A stretch of DNA of 64,000 bases from Hormiphora californensis (taxonomy: Eukaryota; Animalia; Ctenophora): contig CM035354.1 in the NCBI GenBank assembly GCA_020137815.1, forward strand, positions 7,502,001-7,566,000, given 5' to 3'. The notes beneath the pieces were generated by a model. That model did not search any database. It was not told where the DNA came from and saw only the letters and a list, made by a program, of their open reading frames with translations. Positions 59,892 to 64,000 of this stretch are shown here, piece by piece. The stretch's first letter is position 1, and each line of letters starts with the position of its first letter. The position numbers and the translations under genes were made by a program.

Positions 59892-60737
59892 ATGTCGAAT
59901 GTGACGGGCCCGCCTCTACTATACGACCAAGTCCCCAACCAGACCCTAGCACAACTGCAAGATGACTCTTATACTGTCATCTGGGCTCCGATCCTATTCG
60001 CCACCGTTATTGCCCTCAGTCTTGTGGGAATTCTAGTTCCCCTTTGGGAATTCTTGTTCATTGGGGTGAGTAGATTACTGTAAGGGTCTCTTTAACTTGT
60101 ACTGTCTTTTGTCAAGTCAACAGTCTTCCTATAATGTAGACAAAAGACAGTCAACATCTCAGAAACGAGACGGAGATCGGTATCGGGTATCTCTCCTTTC
60201 CTATTCCATGTGAGAAAACACACGTATATCTCCCACTCCCAGAGATCCCAGAAGAGGTCTGTGAGTGTGGTGTCACTGTATGAAGATGGGGCTGAACTGG
60301 AGCACGTCAGTGAGCTGAGTCCAGTGGTAAAAGACGAGTTAGCCAGACTGCTGGACAAGCCTCCACAACCAAGACACAAGGGATGGAGGGAACTTGCAGG
60401 GGAATTGGGTTATCAATACGAAGTCAAGGGTGAGTCACTTTCAATGCTTTATTTTCCTGTTAATTGCCGGTGTTAATTAGTTACTATCTTTCTATCAATG
60501 TGTCTCACTTCTAGGAGGAGCTCTCACCTCCCCTAACACAACTACATTCCAGGAAGTACAGCGAATGGAATGAGGGTATCTCCGACAATATCTCTACTGA
60601 ACAGATGGCAATTCACTAACACCGCTACAGTTGAAAACCTGCTGAAGTCTCTTCATGCTATTGAGAGGAGTGATTGTGCTTCTCTGATTGAGTCAAAATA
60701 CAATCTTATTCTTATTGAGTATTTGTCCATCGTATGA
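59892..60737 (+). CDS. Single-TM protein with C-terminal death domain (exons ~59892-60079, 60140-60429, 60553-60737)
   Basis: Short N-terminus with NVT/NQT sequons, then a hydrophobic segment. Death-domain pattern LARLLD..GWRELAGELGY..SPTISLLNRW..ATVENLLKSLHAIERSDCASLIE. The first donor site is uncertain. Confidence 0.75.
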
Positions 60738-61058
60738 TCAACTCACCCTGAATGAATGAATCGGGACTCTGGGACAGTTTGAACTAATTTTATTATGGGG
60801 GATAGTGTGACTCACTCATAATAATTGGTGTGATACATGACACACTGTACAGACTACTGAGAGTGAATAAGATGAACCTAATTATAATCTTCGGGTATTT
60901 TGGGGTTTCTGACCGTGTCCCTCGATTTGGGTCTTTGGTTAAATATGTTGAGAAAGTTGAAAAAGCGAAGTTTTAACCAGTGGAAATATAATTTTATAAA
61001 AGCAACACTTGGCACAAAACACATAGCCTCAGACTGTCAACAACAATAACTAAAAACA

Positions 61059-61165
<107 letters not shown>

Positions 61166-61374
61166 GTTTCGTTCTCCAGATCCAGTTTATTTGTAACAAC
61201 CTCCTCTCGCTCACGTTTTCTTTCAATATGTCTCGACACGTTTCATTATATTTCTTTCAGTGGCCTTCTCCAAAAACAAACAAAAAACATCGTATAATAT
61301 TCCTGAGTCCAGACCCATATCCAAGAACAAAATGTCCGTCTTTTTGAGTCACTGTCCAGTGTCCCTCTGAGTTT

Positions 61375-61737
61375 CTACTCAGTTTTGCCATGCCCCCCAG
61401 TGGCACTATCCAAGCTCAACAGAAGGACCCCAGAGACGATGAACCCGATCCCACCACACCAGTACCAGCTGAGGACCTCTCCAAACAAGGCCCACCCAGC
61501 ACCTCCTGCACAGAGAAAGTTAACAATCGTAGTACACGCCGTCGCCTCGACCGTCCGGAGTCCTTGAAGAGCGGCAGTGAAGTTGAGCCACATTAGAAGG
61601 TTGCAGAAGATCAGGGCCGCAATACAGAGTGGTGTAGGAATGGTTGGTTCTGAGATGCACTTTGCGGAGATTCCAGCGGCCGCCCCGAAACATCCCGCTA
61701 CCCCACTGTGGAGGTAGTATCGGAGCTTGGATGACAT
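61375..61737 (-). CDS. TMEM42: TMEM42-like small EamA/DMT-fold membrane protein
   Basis: AGCFGAAAGISAK, CNLLMWLNFTAAL, TTIVNFLCAG..GWALFGE, W..GIGFIVSG; four TM segments. Confidence 0.8.
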   Translation of the reverse strand: MSSKLRYYLHSGVAGCFGAAAGISAKCISEPTIPTPLCIAALIFCNLLMWLNFTAALQGLRTVEATACTTIVNFLCAGGAGWALFGEVLSWYWCGGIGFIVSGVLLLSLDSATGGHGKTE

Positions 61738-62232
61738 GGGCTCCTATATTGGGGAAATGGGGTGTGGTTAGTGTTTGGGATAGAAATAGGTTTTTTTTAA
61801 AACAGCTGAAAATGGCCGTTTTATTTTCCCAGGGTGCGCTGCGTTTCCATAGAAATTAAAATTAAAGCACACTTCACAATGCTGCGCGGTATCGGGGGGA
61901 CACCCGCGCGCTACGTTTAGTCACCACAGTGAAGTGTGCCAGATGGTGTGCCACTGTGTAGTTATTAGGAAGGAGGTTACAGGAGAGAGATGGAAAACAG
62001 AAGGTTGTTAAACCATAAATGGAAGATGTGAGTTATATGTACATGTACAGTGTGAATATGGTAATGTATTAATTGCACTGAACTGCTGTAGACATCACCC
62101 ACTCACTTCATACACACACAACACCCACACACATGACCAAGCCTGTACGACAGGTTATTGATCACCGGCTGTATTACAGCACGAGAGAGCCGTCACTAGT
62201 ATCGTGCAGTGATCCGAAGATCATGATAACAA

Positions 62233-62589
62233 TTAATATGACGTGATCAACTGCTATAGCCCAACTGTTCATTCTGAGAATTCTGATACAAAGATATTAT
62301 TTGCCGTACTGCTATATGAGGTAACTCCAACCCCCCAGTTTCATCTCCTTGTTTAACATGGGAGTTACCAAGGGAATCCACTGAGTTCGATTAATCTAGG
62401 CACATACCCACTAGGTATGTGCCTAGATTAATCGAACTCAGTGGATTCCCTTGGTAACTCCCATGTTAAACAAGGAGATGAAACTGGGGGGTTGGAGTTA
62501 CCTCATATAGCAGTACGGCAAATAATATCTTTGTATCAGAATTCTCAGAATGAACAGTTGGGCTATAGCAGTTGATCACGTCATATTAA
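62233..62589. repeat. Perfect palindrome: 176-bp arms, 5-nt loop (CACTA)
   Basis: 62233-62408 is the reverse complement of 62414-62589. Confidence 0.95.
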
Positions 62590-62882
62590 CAGTGTGAATA
62601 GTTTACATTGATCTTTACACAAATTTTACACTCAACACAGTCCAGCTGCTTCCTACTTTTCCCAGTTTTCGTCACAAACAAAATGTGGAGATCTCTCTTC
62701 CCCCGCAACAATAATTTTCCTTTTCTGATATAGTTATCTGACATCAATCTAGCCCTGATTCCCCCGCTATGATAATAATTCTAGATACAGATCAAGTCAG
62801 ATCACCCGTCACAGGACAACCTCATAACCCCGGTCATTATCAACTCAATCGACAGTTTCACCCGATACTTGCAGCGGTGATT

Positions 62883-64000
62883 TCACCCAACAATCATAGC
62901 CTCACTAGCAGGCATATCAATTTGTGCAGTGAGCACAGGAGCATTCCTACCTCTCACATACACAAAGACATTGATAGAATCAGTGATACCCTGTTCGCTG
63001 GTACACCGTACCATTATATTAACAGTATAGGTTAGAGTGGGTACTAGCAGAGGCAGAGTTATGTAACATTTCTCTAACACATACAGATTATCATTTGTAA
63101 CAAGCATGATGTAAGCCCCTGTTATTGGTGTCGTGTTTGAGGTGTTCATAACTTCAATTGTCAGCCGAAACATTGGCCCTATTCCCTGAACATTTGCTGA
63201 TATTTTGAGCGGTGCTGCAGCGGTCAGAGATACCGGTGTCATCTTCTTCTGGAGTGCATTTACATAGTTCTGAGCGGTAGTCAGGCGGAGTTTGTAGAGG
63301 TCATGCTGGAACTGGCGGTGCATCGCAACACCGTTCTCCCTCTCTCTCATGGTCTGTTCAACAAAGGTTTTAGTTTTCCTGGGCACGTTCAGTTTCTGGT
63401 ACTGCTGGGGCGAGGGACCAATGGCTCCAGTAGCTATTCCTTGGGTTAGATCTGCATTTCGTTTCAGAATAAACACCACGAGGCCACCTGATTTTGTGAT
63501 CACTACAAGGGAGGACTCCTCTCTGTCGTACCGTCCAAATTGCATCATTGCAGGGGTATCAGGACAGGAGAGAGAGTCGATGAGGAACTTATCTCTGTAG
63601 AGACGTATCTCGTTGTTAGAGAACCCAACTAGAATACCTGAGGGAGAAAGGAGTGGTTAGAGAGAGAGAGAACTAATTGTCAGTACTTTGGTAGTTAATA
63701 TGATTCAATAATCAGGTTATAAGACATTAAAAAGTTGAAACAAAGCAAAAAATATACCTTTGAAGGTTTTAGCTTTGAAATCCATAGCAGCGACACAAGT
63801 AATCTGGTTATCGAAATTAATGCTCCACAGGTTCTTGATTTTGTTGCTATAGCATATCAGAGAGTTGTCCATTGTAGCAATTACAATATTCTTGCCCAAC
63901 CTCTCAATACCAATTGGGTGAGCATTGAGTGTGATGGAGAATTTGGGTGTCGAGAGCCCCTTTTTTAGCACCAAAACACTCCCATTTCGGCATGCTACCA
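62883..64000 (-). CDS. BBS1: Bardet-Biedl syndrome 1 (BBSome subunit), 3' part; exons 62883-63637 and 63758->64000
   Basis: FGRYDREE, GGLVVFILKR, KLNVPRKTKTFVEQTMRERE, HRQFQHDL..LRL, VQGIGPMFRL, PLLVP, TAQIDMPASE. Confidence 0.95.

Overview
Eukaryotic, intron-containing animal DNA. It is probably a ctenophore, inferred from the short introns, nested antisense genes, unpaired splice acceptors before ATGs and a lineage-type BTB family; this is not proven. The first ~12.5 kb is a nest of mobile elements. A 5'-truncated CRE-clade RT/RLE retrotransposon is split by a TAG...CTA-ended (Academ-like) DNA element, which has a second copy of itself inserted into it. Genes assembled by hand from splice sites: a secreted 4xCAP / Asp-rich / SRCR protein (-), FAM92/CIBAR-like (+), RNF207 (+), an intronless BTB-like protein (+), GET3/ASNA1 (+), SID-1/SIDT (+), a short-ectodomain TM death-domain protein (+), TMEM42 (-) and the 3' part of BBS1 (-). 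The strongest novelty is in SID-1. It has a duplicated, phase-locked pair of mutually exclusive exons for TM8-TM9, and it hosts two antisense nested genes (a Cys-string membrane protein and a pentraxin). Also present are many MITEs and foldbacks (including 1.39-kb foldbacks whose two arms evolve in concert), a Helentron-like tandem array carrying X-box-like motifs, a recurrent GC-rich palindromic motif and a perfect 176-bp-arm palindrome. All family calls come from motif recognition; no database searches were run.
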